The position numbers and the translations under genes were made by a program. Under the pieces are notes generated by a model. It worked only from the letters and a program-made list of their open reading frames with translations, did not search any database and was not told the origin of the DNA. Source: Amoebidium appalachense (taxonomy: Eukaryota; Protista; Ichthyosporea). From it: a stretch of 64,000 nucleotides of DNA. The stretch is from contig CAVNZM010000018.1 in the NCBI GenBank assembly GCA_963693365.1, positions 303,361 through 367,360 on the forward strand, read 5' to 3'. Shown here piece by piece: positions 44,881-58,257 of the stretch (positions within the stretch are counted from its first letter, which is position 1; each line of letters opens with the position of its first letter).

Positions 44881-45050
44881 GTGTGTTGTTCGTTTATGGA
44901 TATGCAACATCTATAACAAAACTAGAAAACTAACGGATCAGGGATGGCATTGTGTGACATCCGTTATGTGGATTTAATGCCCATATCAGTCCCTGGTGTC
45001 ACACACATGCGAACATTCCGGGACCCCCCTCCCCCCCTCCCCCACGCACG

Positions 45051-45157
<107 letters not shown>

Positions 45158-45413
45158 CCCTACTCCCTCCTACATGCGCGCATGCACGCGCACACGTGCG
45201 AAAGTTCGCGAGAAGCTAGTGAAATAAAACGAGGGGGGAGATAGGGGGGGGGGGGGAATTCGCGAGATCTAATGAGAGAGAGAAACGAGGGGTAGAGAGG
45301 GGAGGAGAGAGAGAGAGAGAGGGGGGGGGGAAGGGAGAGAAGAGGGAGGGGGGGGGGGGGGGAAGAGAGAAAGAGAGAGAGAGAGGTGGTGGTGGTTGGG
45401 TGGTGTGTGTGTG

Positions 45414-45525
<112 letters not shown>

Positions 45526-45668
45526 TTTGGGGGGGGGGGGGGGGGGGGGGGGGGGAAGGACCTGTTTTTCCATCGAATTTCACAAGTTTCACAGCATTTA
45601 TTGAGTCATATCATGTCCACGTTCAAATTGTTGCTTCTTAGACTAATCCTACTTATACATACATACAT

Positions 45669-45722
<54 letters not shown>

Positions 45723-45870
45723 GATATATATATATATATACACTACTAAATGTTGACATATGTGTGTCGGGGGGGGAGAGGACGTGTTTCTCCATCGAGT
45801 TTCACAAGTTTCACAGCATTTATTGAGTCATATCAAGTCCACGTTCAATTTGTTGCTTCTAATACCTACC

Positions 45871-45916
<46 letters not shown>

Positions 45917-45920
45917 AATA

Positions 45921-45959
<39 letters not shown>

Positions 45960-46118
45960 TATATATATATATACACTACTAAATGTTGACATATATATAT
46001 ATGTGTCGTTATACACGGTAGCAACTGGATGTTAATGATTTGTACAGAACACCCATAATAGTAACAAAAACAAGTCACTGACATGCACCCGCAGTCGCAC
46101 ACGTATGCACAGCACACG

Positions 46119-46850
46119 CTATCCGACCAATGCTATCTCAGCGGCCACTTCCAGTGCCCCGTCCTCTGCCACGGCGCCAGCCACAGGTGCCGGCAGCTCA
46201 TCGGCCAGCACCCCAGCGCTATTTGAGAGCTCAGGCGCCTGCTCGCCCAGAGCCGCGTTGAAGGCGTCGTGGCCATATTTTGCCGCGTCATAGGTGGCAC
46301 GTGCAGCCTCCTTCACGTTGGGCCCAAATGTATCCGTGGCAAAGTTTGACACTTTGTCGGCGGCCGAGGTGAAGGCGCCCCCAATGTCGTTGAAGATGTT
46401 GCGCCGTGCCTGCACGTGGCTGGGCCATGCACGTGCGCTGCGTGTGTGCAGGGAGTCGACTCTTTCCTCCCCTGCTGAGCCCTGCTGGGTTTCATCCTGC
46501 GGCACTTGCAAGGCCCCGAGCAAGGTAGAGTCAGAGGGAGACCAAGAAAGGACATCGTAGGTTGGGTCGATGTCATTGACGCTACGTCTCTCGAGCAAAC
46601 GGCTTGGATCGCTGCACTGTGACAGAATTGTTCTGCACATGGAGAGCTGGGACTCCAGTTGTTGGCGCTCGAAGGGACGCAGATTTGGGGCCTCCTGTTG
46701 ACGACTAAGGAGGGTTGCTGGGTCGCACGGGCCAGAAAGAGGGGTCGCACACAGCTCCCAAACCAAACTGCCTGGCTCGGGGAAGGGCAGACTGGCAGCG
46801 GCAGCGCAGGCAGCAAGGGCGGCAGAGAGGAGGAAGTTGAGGGGCGCCAT
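46119..46850 (-). CDS. Secreted dibasic-processed peptide precursor, type A (243 aa)
   Basis: Intronless ORF nearly identical to 31887-32618, including about 600 bp of upstream sequence. Confidence 0.87.
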   Translation of the reverse strand: MAPLNFLLSAALAACAAAASLPFPEPGSLVWELCATPLSGPCDPATLLSRQQEAPNLRPFERQQLESQLSMCRTILSQCSDPSRLLERRSVNDIDPTYDVLSWSPSDSTLLGALQVPQDETQQGSAGEERVDSLHTRSARAWPSHVQARRNIFNDIGGAFTSAADKVSNFATDTFGPNVKEAARATYDAAKYGHDAFNAALGEQAPELSNSAGVLADELPAPVAGAVAEDGALEVAAEIALVG

Positions 46851-47666
46851 GGTGGCTTTTGCAATGGCGTGGTGTTGGTTTTGTATTTGTGCAGTAAGGT
46901 AGAACTAGATAAATAATATTGCCTCTTGTGCAAGATTATTTAGACTTGTTTGCAGCGGTTTAGCTGCCTTTAAACCCGTTTGTATGTTGACTTGTTGCTG
47001 TTTTCTGCTTACTGGTGGGACCTGGTGCCTCTTTTATACATACTCCTTGCTGCGCGCTCTGCACAATCCCCGTATACACGGCAGATGACCAGATGAGCGG
47101 ATCTACGAAGGCATCTGTCATCCCTGTATTAGCGAATCATAGAACTTTCTAAATTTTCCAAAAAACGGCGACTCGGCGAGATCAGCTAAACCAATTAAAG
47201 CATGAATATTGTACCTAAATATGGTGTTAACATTCCATGTAATCTGATTTGAACGGAGCAACAGCCCGCCAATCCCCGAGCCTCTTGGTTGCTGTCAAGA
47301 TCTGCCCAAGTCTCCTATCAAGATACTGGCAGGCGAATGCCTGCTAGATGGGGCCGGTGGCTCATGCCCCTCGCGCAGGTACAATCGAAAACTGTTATGA
47401 GAAAACGAATGTTGAAGAGTGTGTGTGTTTGTGATCCACGTCATGTGTGTGTGCATGTGCTCATGTGTGTACACGTCTGTGCGTGTGTGTGTTTCTGTGT
47501 GTATCACAGTGTGCACGTGTGTGTGTGTGTGTGTGTGTGTATGACGTGTGTGCGTGTGTGTGCGTGTGTTTGTGTGTGTGTATGTGTCACGGTTCCTGTC
47601 GCGAGAAACTAGGAGGTACGTGTGCGGGGAAAGTCTTTGGGCGTTTGTGACAGGAAGAGAGGGGGT

Positions 47667-47709
<43 letters not shown>

Positions 47710-48579
47710 TTAGGGGGGGGAGGAGGGGGGGGGGGGGGGGGGGGGGGCATACGCACACCTGTGCACCCAGGGCGACAGCAAACAGGAGCAGAACGACCTG
47801 CCAGGTCCTCATTCCACCACCAGAACCAACCTTGCGGGAACCCATATTGTGTGGGCAAATGACTCAACAACGCCGTTACGTGGGTATACGCGAAGTACTT
47901 TTGAAAAGAAGTGTGCTTGGTTTGTTTCAGTACTTTTACTGAGTGCCCCCGTTACGTTTTACTCGGTGGTAACGTGCCAGAGCTGCCCAAAACGCATTGC
48001 CACGCTCGCAGGAAACAGCGCAATGATCTAGACAATTGGTACCGAGATAGGCGAAAATTCTCCAAGCGCATTTACCCCAAAGTAGTTAAACTTCGTACCC
48101 CAAAATTCTAATTACAGTATTTGTCACTATCGGGGCTATAAACATCCACTTATTTGCTCTTCAAGTCCGTGTCAGCGATTGGACAAAAGCGTTTTTATCG
48201 TTTACCCTGCTCCCATTAGCCAATCAAATCGCATATATTCGCAGCTACCCCCCCCCCCCCCCCGCCCCCCCCCCCGATCGACTCCGGATGTAATTCCAGG
48301 TCCCCCTCCCCTCCCCGAGGCTCCCTACCGGATGCCACCCCCCCCCCCCCCCCTCCCTCCCCCCCCCCCCCCCTCCCCCCCCCCCCCCTTCCCCCACCCT
48401 CTTCCCCTCCCTTGGCCCCTCCCCCGGTGAGGCGGCCGGTCAGCTAACTAATTAAACTGTACAACAACAATTGTTGCCCAAGATTGTTGCCCAAGAAAAT
48501 ATAAAGCATGCTTTGATATTCAAATGCAATTACCTCACTGTAATCTCGCACCTTCTTTTCTTCCAATATTCTGTTTCAA

Positions 48580-49553
48580 AAGGAATAGAAGAGAAGCCTT
48601 GGCACAGATGCGTGGTTACAAAGCATAAATAGTTTAGATGGCCTAATTATTTCATAAATAAAGGTAGAATGGGTTGAGTTACCTCTCCCCCCCCCCCCCC
48701 TCCCCCCCCCCCCCCCTCCTCCCCCTGCATCATCCGACCCCACCACTGGGCCACCACATATTACCAGTACCGCTATAATTACCCGACAGCTATAGCGACC
48801 CTTTCTCCATCCCCAAAACTTCAACCAACCCCTCTCCCTTCCTTCCCCCTACCATTCGGACCCCCACCCCCCTCCTCCCCCTCTCTCTGTCCACCATCAC
48901 TCTTTTTTCCTTTGCAGCCGAATAGTTTTACACATCTCGTTTTTTCTCTCCGAGGTTGCGTACTCCCCCCCCCCCCCCCCCCCCTCCCCAACACCAGCAC
49001 CACCAGCAGCACCGTCGCTACCATTATACATATAGTATGTGCCCGGAAACAGGGATTATGATTCCATGTACAGAGGTGGTTTGCTAACAAGATACCAGGT
49101 AAATCAGGGGTATACTGTATATAGTCTAGATAGTGCTAGGGTTCCTGCACTGTGGGGTTCGTTATTTTACACCCCCCTCCCCCCTCCTCTCCCCTGTCCC
49201 CCTTCTCCCCCCCCCTCCCCCCCCCCCCCACCCCGGGCCCTCACCTCTCCCCCCCCCCCCCCCCCCCCCCCCTCCCCCCCCCCCCCCCCCCCCCCACCCA
49301 CCCAAAAAAACAAAACAACAACAACAACAACAACAACAACCAAAGATATGCACACCGGCCCGCCCGCACAAAAAGGTGCATCGTCTAGATCTGCGCTCAC
49401 AAAGTGACAAGTGTCGTGCTCATAGCACAACCCACACACTCTCTCTTTTTCAGAATAACTTGAGGAAAATAGACACTCAATATGGTGTGTTTTCCTTTTG
49501 TACGGGAAACCAAGCACATTGTTCGGCTCGCTTTTTCCAAGATCTTTTTTTTT

Positions 49554-49584
<31 letters not shown>

Positions 49585-49750
49585 GGGGACCAGCTGTATC
49601 TGCAACGGGCTTCCAAGTTGGGCATATAAAAGTAAATGCCCCCCCCCCCCCCCCCCCCCCCCCCCCGGCGAATACTTTAATTGTCCCCACCATCGTTAGA
49701 CTACGATCATAAAGTATCCAAAAAATGTTACATGTTAGAAATTCATGTGT
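48580..49750 (+). pseudogene. Possible decayed multi-exon gene remnant
   Basis: AG/GT-bounded segments 48918-48954, 49036-49098 and 49376-49410 join in phase (RIVLHISFFLSE YVPGNRDYDSMYRGGLLTRYQ VHRLDLRSQSDK) and are separated by poly-C intron-like DNA. Flanking segments contain stops. No recognisable homology. Confidence 0.3.
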
Positions 49751-50506
49751 GAGTAACTTACTTAGTGAGCCATCCCACGACGGCTTCCCTCGCAATAAGT
49801 ACATAGTTCTCCCTCAACACTTCGAGGCATTTTTAGCAGCGCAAAGAGTCCTTATATTAATAATATCTCTTGCAATTTCTTATTTCCCCGTCCCTTCCCC
49901 CCCCCCCCCACTTCTCACATGTTTCCCTTCACTACATCCCAGCTACGGGGGGGGGGAGGGGGGGTGAGGGGGGAAGGGGAGGGGAAGGGGGGGGGGGGGG
50001 GGGGAGGGGGAGGGGGGCACCGGTACTGCCACAAAAACAGAATACCAGAACTATTCCTGAACAATTCCTAAATGAATTTGAAAACTTTCGGGCAAAAAAA
50101 AAAATAATTTCGGAGCAAGTGCAGGTGACGTTTGGTTGAGGGAGTCAAAAATTTCTTATTTTATTTGTGTGCCACGATGCTGATTCAATATGATCCTGAA
50201 CAAGGCTTGTGATTTGTGTTCGCGGTTATTGGTTGCCACAACTGGGCCAGCCCCCTTTTGGCCACATCTACCCTTTAATCAAGTTGCAGTGGGAGATGGG
50301 GGTAATACTATTAGACGGAAATAAGACCACTTTGGGGAAAAACCTGTGAACACTTGGGAAAAAACTTCCTACAGTATAGATTGAACAAAAGGCTAATACC
50401 AGGTGAAGCCTTGAAGGTGTCATATTGTAGTTGTTGAAGGTGTCAAACTTTTCTACGAACCATTTTGGGAAGGGAGGCGGGTCTGGAGGGAGAAAGAGTG
50501 TCGGGG

Positions 50507-50540
<34 letters not shown>

Positions 50541-50642
50541 GGGGGGGGGGGGGGGGGAGAGGGGGGAGAGGGGGGAAGGGTAGCAACGAGAGGGAGGGAG
50601 GGAGGGAGGGAGGGGGAGAGAGAGAGAGGGGGGGGGGGGGGG

Positions 50643-50709
<67 letters not shown>

Positions 50710-51206
50710 GAGAGGGGGGGGAGGGGGCGCGAGAGGGAGGGAGGGAGAGGGGGGGAGGGGGGGGGAGAGAGAGAGAGAGCGAGAGGGGAGGGAGGGAGGG
50801 AGGGAGGGAGGGAGGGAGGGAGGGAGGGAGGGAGGGAGGGAGGGAGGGAGGGAGGGAGGGAAAGGGAGGTAGGGAGAATGTTTGTGTGGAGCTTTTGGTA
50901 TACTTTACATACAAGGCCTGGCCAGTGACATTCTGACAAACTGCATAATGGGCTTAGCCCTTTCATTAATTCTCGGGCTCACTGTGTCACTTTGGTCCAG
51001 GTTTTCTTTGTTGATTTTTTATTTGCGTCCCACAATAAGTCATAACTTACTCGAAGAAAAAAAACAGATTGAACTCACAACTACCCAAGACCGAGTTGCT
51101 CGACCGCTGGATACTTTTTTCCTGCCGCTTAACATCACCAGATACGACCCCACACACCCCCCCCCCCACCCCCGCCCCACCCCCGCCCCTCTGCTTTCGA
51201 CCCATT

Positions 51207-51854
51207 CTAGCCCAAGGCGAGTGCACTGATAGCCAAATCCTCGTCCGATTCACTCCCCCTAACTCCCCCGGACGAGCCATCCCCCCCAGGCACCACCTTG
51301 CCTATCTCCTGCACTGCGTCGGTGGCAAAGTCGGACACTTTGTCGGCGGCAGAAGTGACGGCATTCCCAATGTCGTTGAAGATGTTACGCCGTGTGTGCA
51401 CGTGGTTGGTCCTTGCACCTCCGCTGCATCCGCGGGGGCAATAGACACTTGTCTCCGGAACCTCTGCAGAGCTCTGCTGGTTTACGGAAGCCTCAAATGG
51501 GGCCCAAGAACGGTCATCACCAGGGTAGGTGTCAATGTTACTGCGCCTCGTTAGAATTAGGTTGATGTCAACAGCGGCCTTTGAAGCACCACTGCATGCA
51601 GACAAAATCGCTTGGCACATGGTGAGCTGGGACTGGAGTCGGAGGATCTCAGATGAGCCCGGGGGCAGCGTGGCAGCGGCCAGTTGAAACCTTGACAGAG
51701 TGGCCGGGAGGTCGCATGCCGGGCCATAAAACGGGTTGGAACAAGCCGACTGAAGTCGACTACGTATCTGGCTGTCTAGGGAGGGCGTGGGCAGACTGGC
51801 AGCGGCAGCGCAGGCAGCAAGGGCGGCTGAGAGGAGGAAGGTGAAGGGCGCCAT
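51207..51854 (-). CDS. Secreted dibasic-processed peptide precursor, divergent type C (215 aa)
   Basis: MAPFTFLLSAALAACAAAA, CX8C...CX6C, TRR|SNID and TRR|NIFNDIGNAVTSAADKVSDFATD, ends ISALALG*. Shared promoter box at 52079-52103. Confidence 0.85.
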   Translation of the reverse strand: MAPFTFLLSAALAACAAAASLPTPSLDSQIRSRLQSACSNPFYGPACDLPATLSRFQLAAATLPPGSSEILRLQSQLTMCQAILSACSGASKAAVDINLILTRRSNIDTYPGDDRSWAPFEASVNQQSSAEVPETSVYCPRGCSGGARTNHVHTRRNIFNDIGNAVTSAADKVSDFATDAVQEIGKVVPGGDGSSGGVRGSESDEDLAISALALG

Positions 51855-52662
51855 GGTGCTGTTGGTGCACTACGCGTGGTGGGGTTTGTTGACACGTGGA
51901 CTTTGGCTGGGGTTGTTCGTGTAAACTTAAGTCGTGCGTTTGTTTAGCTGCCGTAAGACCCGTTTTTGTGTTTGCTGTTTTACGGTAAACTCCTTGGACT
52001 CGGTGGTTCTTATACCTGCACTGCACAAAGCACTGGACAAGCGAAGATGGCCCTCGATCAGAACGACCAGATGAGTACATCTACAAAGGCATCTGTCATC
52101 CCTTTTTGGACCAATCATAATTTCCTTTAGAATTTCCTAAAATTCCACCGAATCTAAACAAACCAATCAAACCATTGTTCGTATGCCTATATATAGCTCA
52201 GTTGCTTTACGTAATCTGATTGATCAACCGGAGCCACAGACGGTGTTACACTCAGGCAGCTGTGCGGCCAATCGTCGTCGCTGTCAAGATCTCCTTTCCA
52301 GATCAACCCATATTTGGCAGTCTTTACGAACCACGTGCCAATAATTGTGCCACGTGCATGTGTGGTTGCTAATGACTCCGCCACATCCCTGAGCCTTCTC
52401 CCGCTGAGCTGAAACATGCATGCAGTCACACGCCGTTCATGGGATGCCGGTATAACCGTGAAAACACAACTAATATAATATTACCAGCTGGAGGCCTACA
52501 TGTCGGTAATAGACCTACACGTCGTAATAAACAGCACATCCCCCCCGCAAACAGAGCTGTACATGTATGAAAAAGAGGGAAAAATTGTGCGTTTTTGAAT
52601 TTTGCATGGCGAGGTGCACGATTGTTGGCAGTGATGTTTCTGGATTTCTTCCCTTGTGTGTC

Positions 52663-52757
<95 letters not shown>

Positions 52758-52783
52758 GCGCGTGCGTGCGTGCGTGCGTGCGC

Positions 52784-52814
<31 letters not shown>

Positions 52815-53126
52815 TGTGTGCGTGCGTGCGTGCGTGCGTGTGTGTGTGTGCGTGCGTGTGTGCGTGCGTGCGTGCGTCGTGCGTGTGTGTGTGTGTGTGT
52901 GTGTGCGTGTGCGTGTGTGTGTACGTGTGTGCGTACGTGCGTACGTGTGTGCGTGCGTGTGCCCCCGTGTGTGATGTGTGCGTGTGTGCGTGTTTGTGTG
53001 AGTGTGTGTGTGTGTTTGTGCGTTTATATGTGTGTGTGTGTGTGTGCGCGCGTGAGTGTGCGCAAGCGTCTGGTGTATGTATGTGTATGTGTGTGTGTGC
53101 GGGGCATGCCTCTCTCTCTCCCCGAG

Positions 53127-53216
<90 letters not shown>

Positions 53217-53613
53217 CCCCCCCCCCCCCCTCTCTCACTCACTCTCTCTCTGTGTGTGTGTGTTTTGTTTGCGCGCGCGCTTGTGTGTGTGTGGCCGCGT
53301 GCTTTTTTTTTTTTTTTTTTTGGGGGGGGGGGGGGAGGGGGGGGAGAGGGGGGGGGGGGGGGGGGGGGCTCTGAGTACATATGGCTTACGACGTCGCAAT
53401 AAAACTTTACAGCTAAGGTTGGTAACGGCCTCTGATTCACCATCACGTATCTATTCTTCTTGCCTAGGTTTTTGTGTTTGTTTGTTTTTATTTTTCCCCG
53501 ATGTTTGTCTGTTTGGTTGCTTGCTTTTTTTGTTTTTTGTTTTGGTTTTCTTCTTTTTTCAAGTTTTTTTTGCTTGTTTCAAGTAATGTTCCCCCCCCCC
53601 CCCCCCCCCCCCC

Positions 53614-53649
<36 letters not shown>

Positions 53650-54987
53650 CCCCCCCTCCCCCCCCCCCCCCCCCCCCTTTGCCCTCCATATACTGCCACT
53701 GATATGAGTTGCAAGGGTCGTATTAGTGCTCAAAAGACGGAAGGGGGGTTCGTGCCCAAACTCAACGGGAAAAAAGCAGTCAGTGTTCATAGGCCAGGCA
53801 TATGCATAACTCCCCCCTCCCGGCCCCCCTCCCCCCTCCCCCGACCCCCCTGCCTTCCGCCACCCCCCCCCCCCCCCCATTCCCCCCCCCCCCCCCTCCC
53901 CCCCTTACCCCCCAGAACAAGCCCCACGTTAACCCCCACACCCAATCAAACTGTGTGCATGCCACAACCTCGCGTGCACCCACATGAGAGAACACACACG
54001 AAACAACACACACCAAAGCTTGGAGTTCTGGCCGGCTGTGCAGGGTTCAAACACATCTGCAGAATCATTTAGCGACTTAGCTGATTCATCCTTGCACTAT
54101 AACATCTATTTAAGAGTTAGTCTGCAAAAGCATAGCAATTCTGCTCTCGATCCTATAAGATGTTTGAGCAAAAGGCCTTAAAGACTATTCTGCGAAAGAT
54201 TGAATTACTGTATTCTGCTTTGATCAAGAGTAATAGTTTGCAAGACTGCGAAGATCAGAATTATTCAGCAAAATGCAGATTCTTTCTGAACGAACCTGCA
54301 AACACAGGATAATTCAGTAACGGCAGAGTTGACAAAGAGCAGAATTGCAAATGGTGCAATATATTTATGCTTTGAATTGGTGCAGGGTCATTTTGCATAA
54401 AGCAGATTTCTGTTACTAGTAGATCCAGATTTATGATGCAAAAAGAGAAATATTTTGCCAGTAGCTTGCAGAATAATTTTCGAAAAAGCAAGCTCCGTAT
54501 GGTTATGCGCAAAGCAGATGGCACGTGCTTTGGACAAAGCAGAGTTATTTTGTAAACGTAGAACTATCATGGCATTCCGCAGAAGCAGCTATTCAAAAAA
54601 TCGGATTATTCTTGAGGTGTTTTGACAGTTTATAACTATGCTGCCGATATATATATATATGGTTGAGGAACTCTATGAGAAGCATACATATGTTCAAAAA
54701 AAAAAAATACTAAACCCCAAATTGTCAGGAATTATGTAACAAAGATTAGATTTGCCGTAGTTGTTTTATTGATCCTTCAGGAACAAATGATTCTGTAACT
54801 GAACATATAATGAAGAAATACTGATGAATATGTATGTACAGTTTTTTTTGTTTTTTTGTTTTTTTTTTTTGCGGGGGGGCGTCGGGGCCGGGGGTGAGGG
54901 GAGGGGGAGGGACGAGGAAGGCTCCATACGCTCAAGGGGCAAGGACATGGCAGGGGAATGGAAGGGGTTGGGGGTGAGTGAAAAAAA

Positions 54988-55027
<40 letters not shown>

Positions 55028-55437
55028 GGGGGAGGGGGCGTCCGCTAGTAGAATTTAATCGGGTTCATTCATGATCAGTGGGCATTTTGGACGACGGGCT
55101 TTGAGCACATTTATTGACTCTCCATCCCTTGTCTGCATATTAACCGGGTTGGGTAGCATATTGATGTTCAGTATGCCATAATCCGATAATAACTTGATAT
55201 TAAAAATAAAAAACATATCTGATAGCTTCTGACAGCCGGATTCGGTCAAACCAATATGCTACCATGAATACTACCCGTACACGCAAGCCCCTCCCCCTCC
55301 TCCCCCCCCCCCCCTCCCCCCCCCCCCCCCCCCCCCAGCCCCTCGCTTCCTCTGGCGTCTCTCTGGTCCAACACTCCAACCCTGCTACCTAAATGAAAAG
55401 CAAATGAAAACATACGTGCACGTGCAAGCGACCCATT

Positions 55438-55607
55438 CTAGGCGAGTGCACTGATAGCCAAATCCTCGTCCGACTCACTCCCTCCACCTCCCCCGGACGA
55501 ACTATCCCCCCCAGGCACTACCTTGCCTATCTCCTGCGCTGCGTCGGTGGCAACGTCGGACACTTTGTCGGCGGCAGAAGTGACAGCATTCCCAATGTCG
55601 TTGAAGA
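55438..55607 (-). pseudogene. 5'-truncated sixth precursor copy (type C-like C-terminal peptide only)
   Basis: Reads FNDIGNAVTSAADKVSDVATDAAQEIGKVVPGGDSSSGGGGGSESDEDLAISALA*. Homology to 51207-51381 stops abruptly at 55607. Confidence 0.85.
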
Positions 55608-55924
55608 CAACATTTGAAAAGATTGAAATAGATAACCCAATGGAAGCATAGATTGTATGTCCATATGTGGTGTATTGCTTCGCTCTTTCCAGTAGATCAC
55701 TTCCAAATATCTATCATGTGATGACCTTCCCGATTGTTCTTCCAATGACATTTTCTATCACTATCGACAGTTCTCCAATATTAGAACAGAAAACGGTTTA
55801 TACCCACATGGCCAGATGGCCAGATCAAATTCAGTCTGTGAGCAGGGGGGGATCCACCTGAAGTCAAAACAATCTGGCCATCTGGCCATGTGGCCATAGA
55901 ATAGATTAGTATGTAAGGCACTGG

Positions 55925-56644
55925 CTGCCACCACTGGGGGGCGTGGTTCCGGCAGCAGGGGGGGGGGGGAGGCACACGTGCAGGGGGGCTGGGGAGAGTG
56001 GGGGAGGCATGGCACCGCTGGGGAATGGCACCACTGGGGGCGTGGTTCCGGCAGGCCAGCAAGAGGGCGGATATGTGAGGCACACATGCTGGCGAGGAGG
56101 GCAAGGAGGGCGAGACTGGCGAGCCACCCACAGTGAGAAAGTATTATGTATGCATAGAGCATGTTGCCTGTGCAGCAGGTAGATGTGCATGAGGCACCAG
56201 AGTGGTGCAAGTTTCTGGTGGCTCTGTTTGACTAATAAAGGCATATGCTGCCACCACTGGGGGCCTGGTTCCGGGAGGAGGGGGAGGCACACGTGCAGGG
56301 GGGCTGGGGAGAGTGGGGGCGGCATGGCACCGCTGGGGGCGTGGTTCCGGGAGGAGGGGGGCTGGGAGGCACACGTGCAGGGGGGCTGGGGAGAGTGGGG
56401 GAAGCATGGCACCGCTGGGGGCGTGGTTCCGGCAGCAGGGGGGGCTGGGGGGAGGGGGGAGGCACGTGTATTCGTATATACACCTAACTAAATGCCACCA
56501 CTGGGGGCGTGGTTCCGGCAGCAGGGGGGCTGGGGAGCAGGGGAGGCTGGGGGGCCGGGGGGGGCGGAGGAGGCGGAGGAGACTGGCGGGGGCCTCACAG
56601 TTGGTTCCGGGGGGCACGGGGGGGGGGGGGGGGCCTTGCTGGCA

Positions 56645-56679
<35 letters not shown>

Positions 56680-56740
56680 AAAGACACTGCCCGGGCGTGG
56701 TTCCGGGGGGCACGGGGGGCACGGGGGGCACGGGGGGAGG
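55925..56740. repeat. GC-rich composite tandem repeat
   Basis: Recurrent CCACTGGGGGCGTGGTTCCGG and GGAGGCACACGTGCAGGGGGGCTGGGGAGAGTGGGG blocks. Confidence 0.8.
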
Positions 56741-56762
56741 GGGGGGGGGCAAAAAGTCTCTC

Positions 56763-56808
<46 letters not shown>

Positions 56809-56825
56809 CAGGCAGGGCAGATGTG

Positions 56826-56991
56826 AATGCTAAGTGTGAGGCCGGGAGGGGGCAAATATAAATGCTAAGTGTGAGGCCGGGGGGCCAAATATATATGCTA
56901 AGTGTGAGGCCGGGAGGCCAAATATATATGCTAAGTGTGAGGCCGGGAGGGGGCAAATATATAGGCTAAGTGTGAGGCCGGGGGATGCAAA

Positions 56992-57036
<45 letters not shown>

Positions 57037-57220
57037 CAGGCCACATATATATGCTAAGTGTGAGGCCGGGAGGGGGCAAATATATAGGCTAAGTGTGAGG
57101 CCGGGGGGCCAAATATATATGCTAAGTGTGAGGCCGGGAGGCCAAATATATATGCTAAGTGTGAGGCCGGGGGATGCAAAAAGTGAAACAAAAAATGCAT
57201 CCGTGTGTGCAAATAATGCT
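56826..57220 (+). repeat. Approx. 33-35-bp tandem array (GCTAAGTGTGAGGCCGGG core, 9 copies)
   Basis: The core is the reverse complement of the CCGGCCTCACACTTAGC core in the arrays at 60960-62247 and 62960-63100. Confidence 0.9.
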
Positions 57221-57449
57221 GAGTGTGTGTGTGTGTGTGTGGGGGGGGGGGGGGCATGCTATCACGTGTGGTGTGTGTGTGTGAAATGGGGGTCGATTCG
57301 GGTGATTCACGACAAAGCCAGCAAGATGGCAAGTGTCTCGGTAAGTGAATTGGCTTGACTGCTTTTTTTTTTTGGGGGGGGGTGTTTTGGGAAGTACACT
57401 GGTATGTGAGTGTGACGTGATATATTATATTTATAAAACTAGTTATTTC

Positions 57450-57640
57450 CACGCCACCATCGAACATTTTGAAGCCATATCACGTGTATATATATTTTTA
57501 AAACGAGTTATTACTAAGCCACACCACCCACCACGCCACCATCGAACATTTTGAAGCCATATCACGTGTATATATATTTTTAAAACGAGTTATTACTAAG
57601 CCACACCACCCACCACGCCACCATCGAACATTTTGAAGTC
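57450..57640. repeat. 82-bp direct repeat, about 2.3 copies
   Basis: ACGCCACCATCGAACATTTTGAAG starts at 57451, 57533 and 57615. Confidence 0.9.
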
Positions 57641-57801
57641 ACATCATCATCAAAAAATTTGGAAAACACCATATAATGCCTATACAATCTACTATACACC
57701 AACATAACAAACACTATCAGTGTGTAAGCATCCACCCCCCCAGTGTGTAAGCACACCCCCCCTCCCTCCCCCCCCCCCCCCCCCCAAAAAAAAGCCCCCT
57801 G

Positions 57802-58257
57802 TTACTTCTCCCTCCCTCCAAGTCCGCCACGATGCCTCTTGCGCGGCCCTTCCCTCGATTCATCTTGTTCTGTCCTTGTCGCCCGCCCCCCAGCTGCTTC
57901 CAATGCAGACTTGAACACACGACGTGTCGTTTCTTCGTATTTGTTCATTACACATTCGAAATCTCGCATATCACGATCCTGATCTTTAACGAAATTTTCA
58001 AATGTTTTCATTACGTCGGTATCCCGTGTGTCTCTAGCTATGTAAAGCGACTCCATTTCTCTTGATACTTCGCCTAGTGCCTTCGTGTATTCCACCATGC
58101 AAGTTTTAATTTTTTCGCTCCCTGCGCGTGCACCGGCAAGACTTTGGTTACATTTTTTAATCAGCCTGCGAGTGTTTTCTTCCCTTGCTTGAACAGTGCG
58201 GGCACTACCGAAAACCTCGTCCAGTTTTGTGTCAATTTCTTTTTCGTACGTCCCCAT
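57802..58257 (-). CDS. Orphan coiled-coil protein (151 aa) with basic C-terminal NLS-like motif
   Basis: Intronless, non-repetitive, helical charged sequence with AAGATGG start, TATAAAAA about 65 nt upstream and a PRKRHR tail. No family recognised. Confidence 0.6.
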   Translation of the reverse strand: MGTYEKEIDTKLDEVFGSARTVQAREENTRRLIKKCNQSLAGARAGSEKIKTCMVEYTKALGEVSREMESLYIARDTRDTDVMKTFENFVKDQDRDMRDFECVMNKYEETTRRVFKSALEAAGGRATRTEQDESREGPRKRHRGGLGGREK

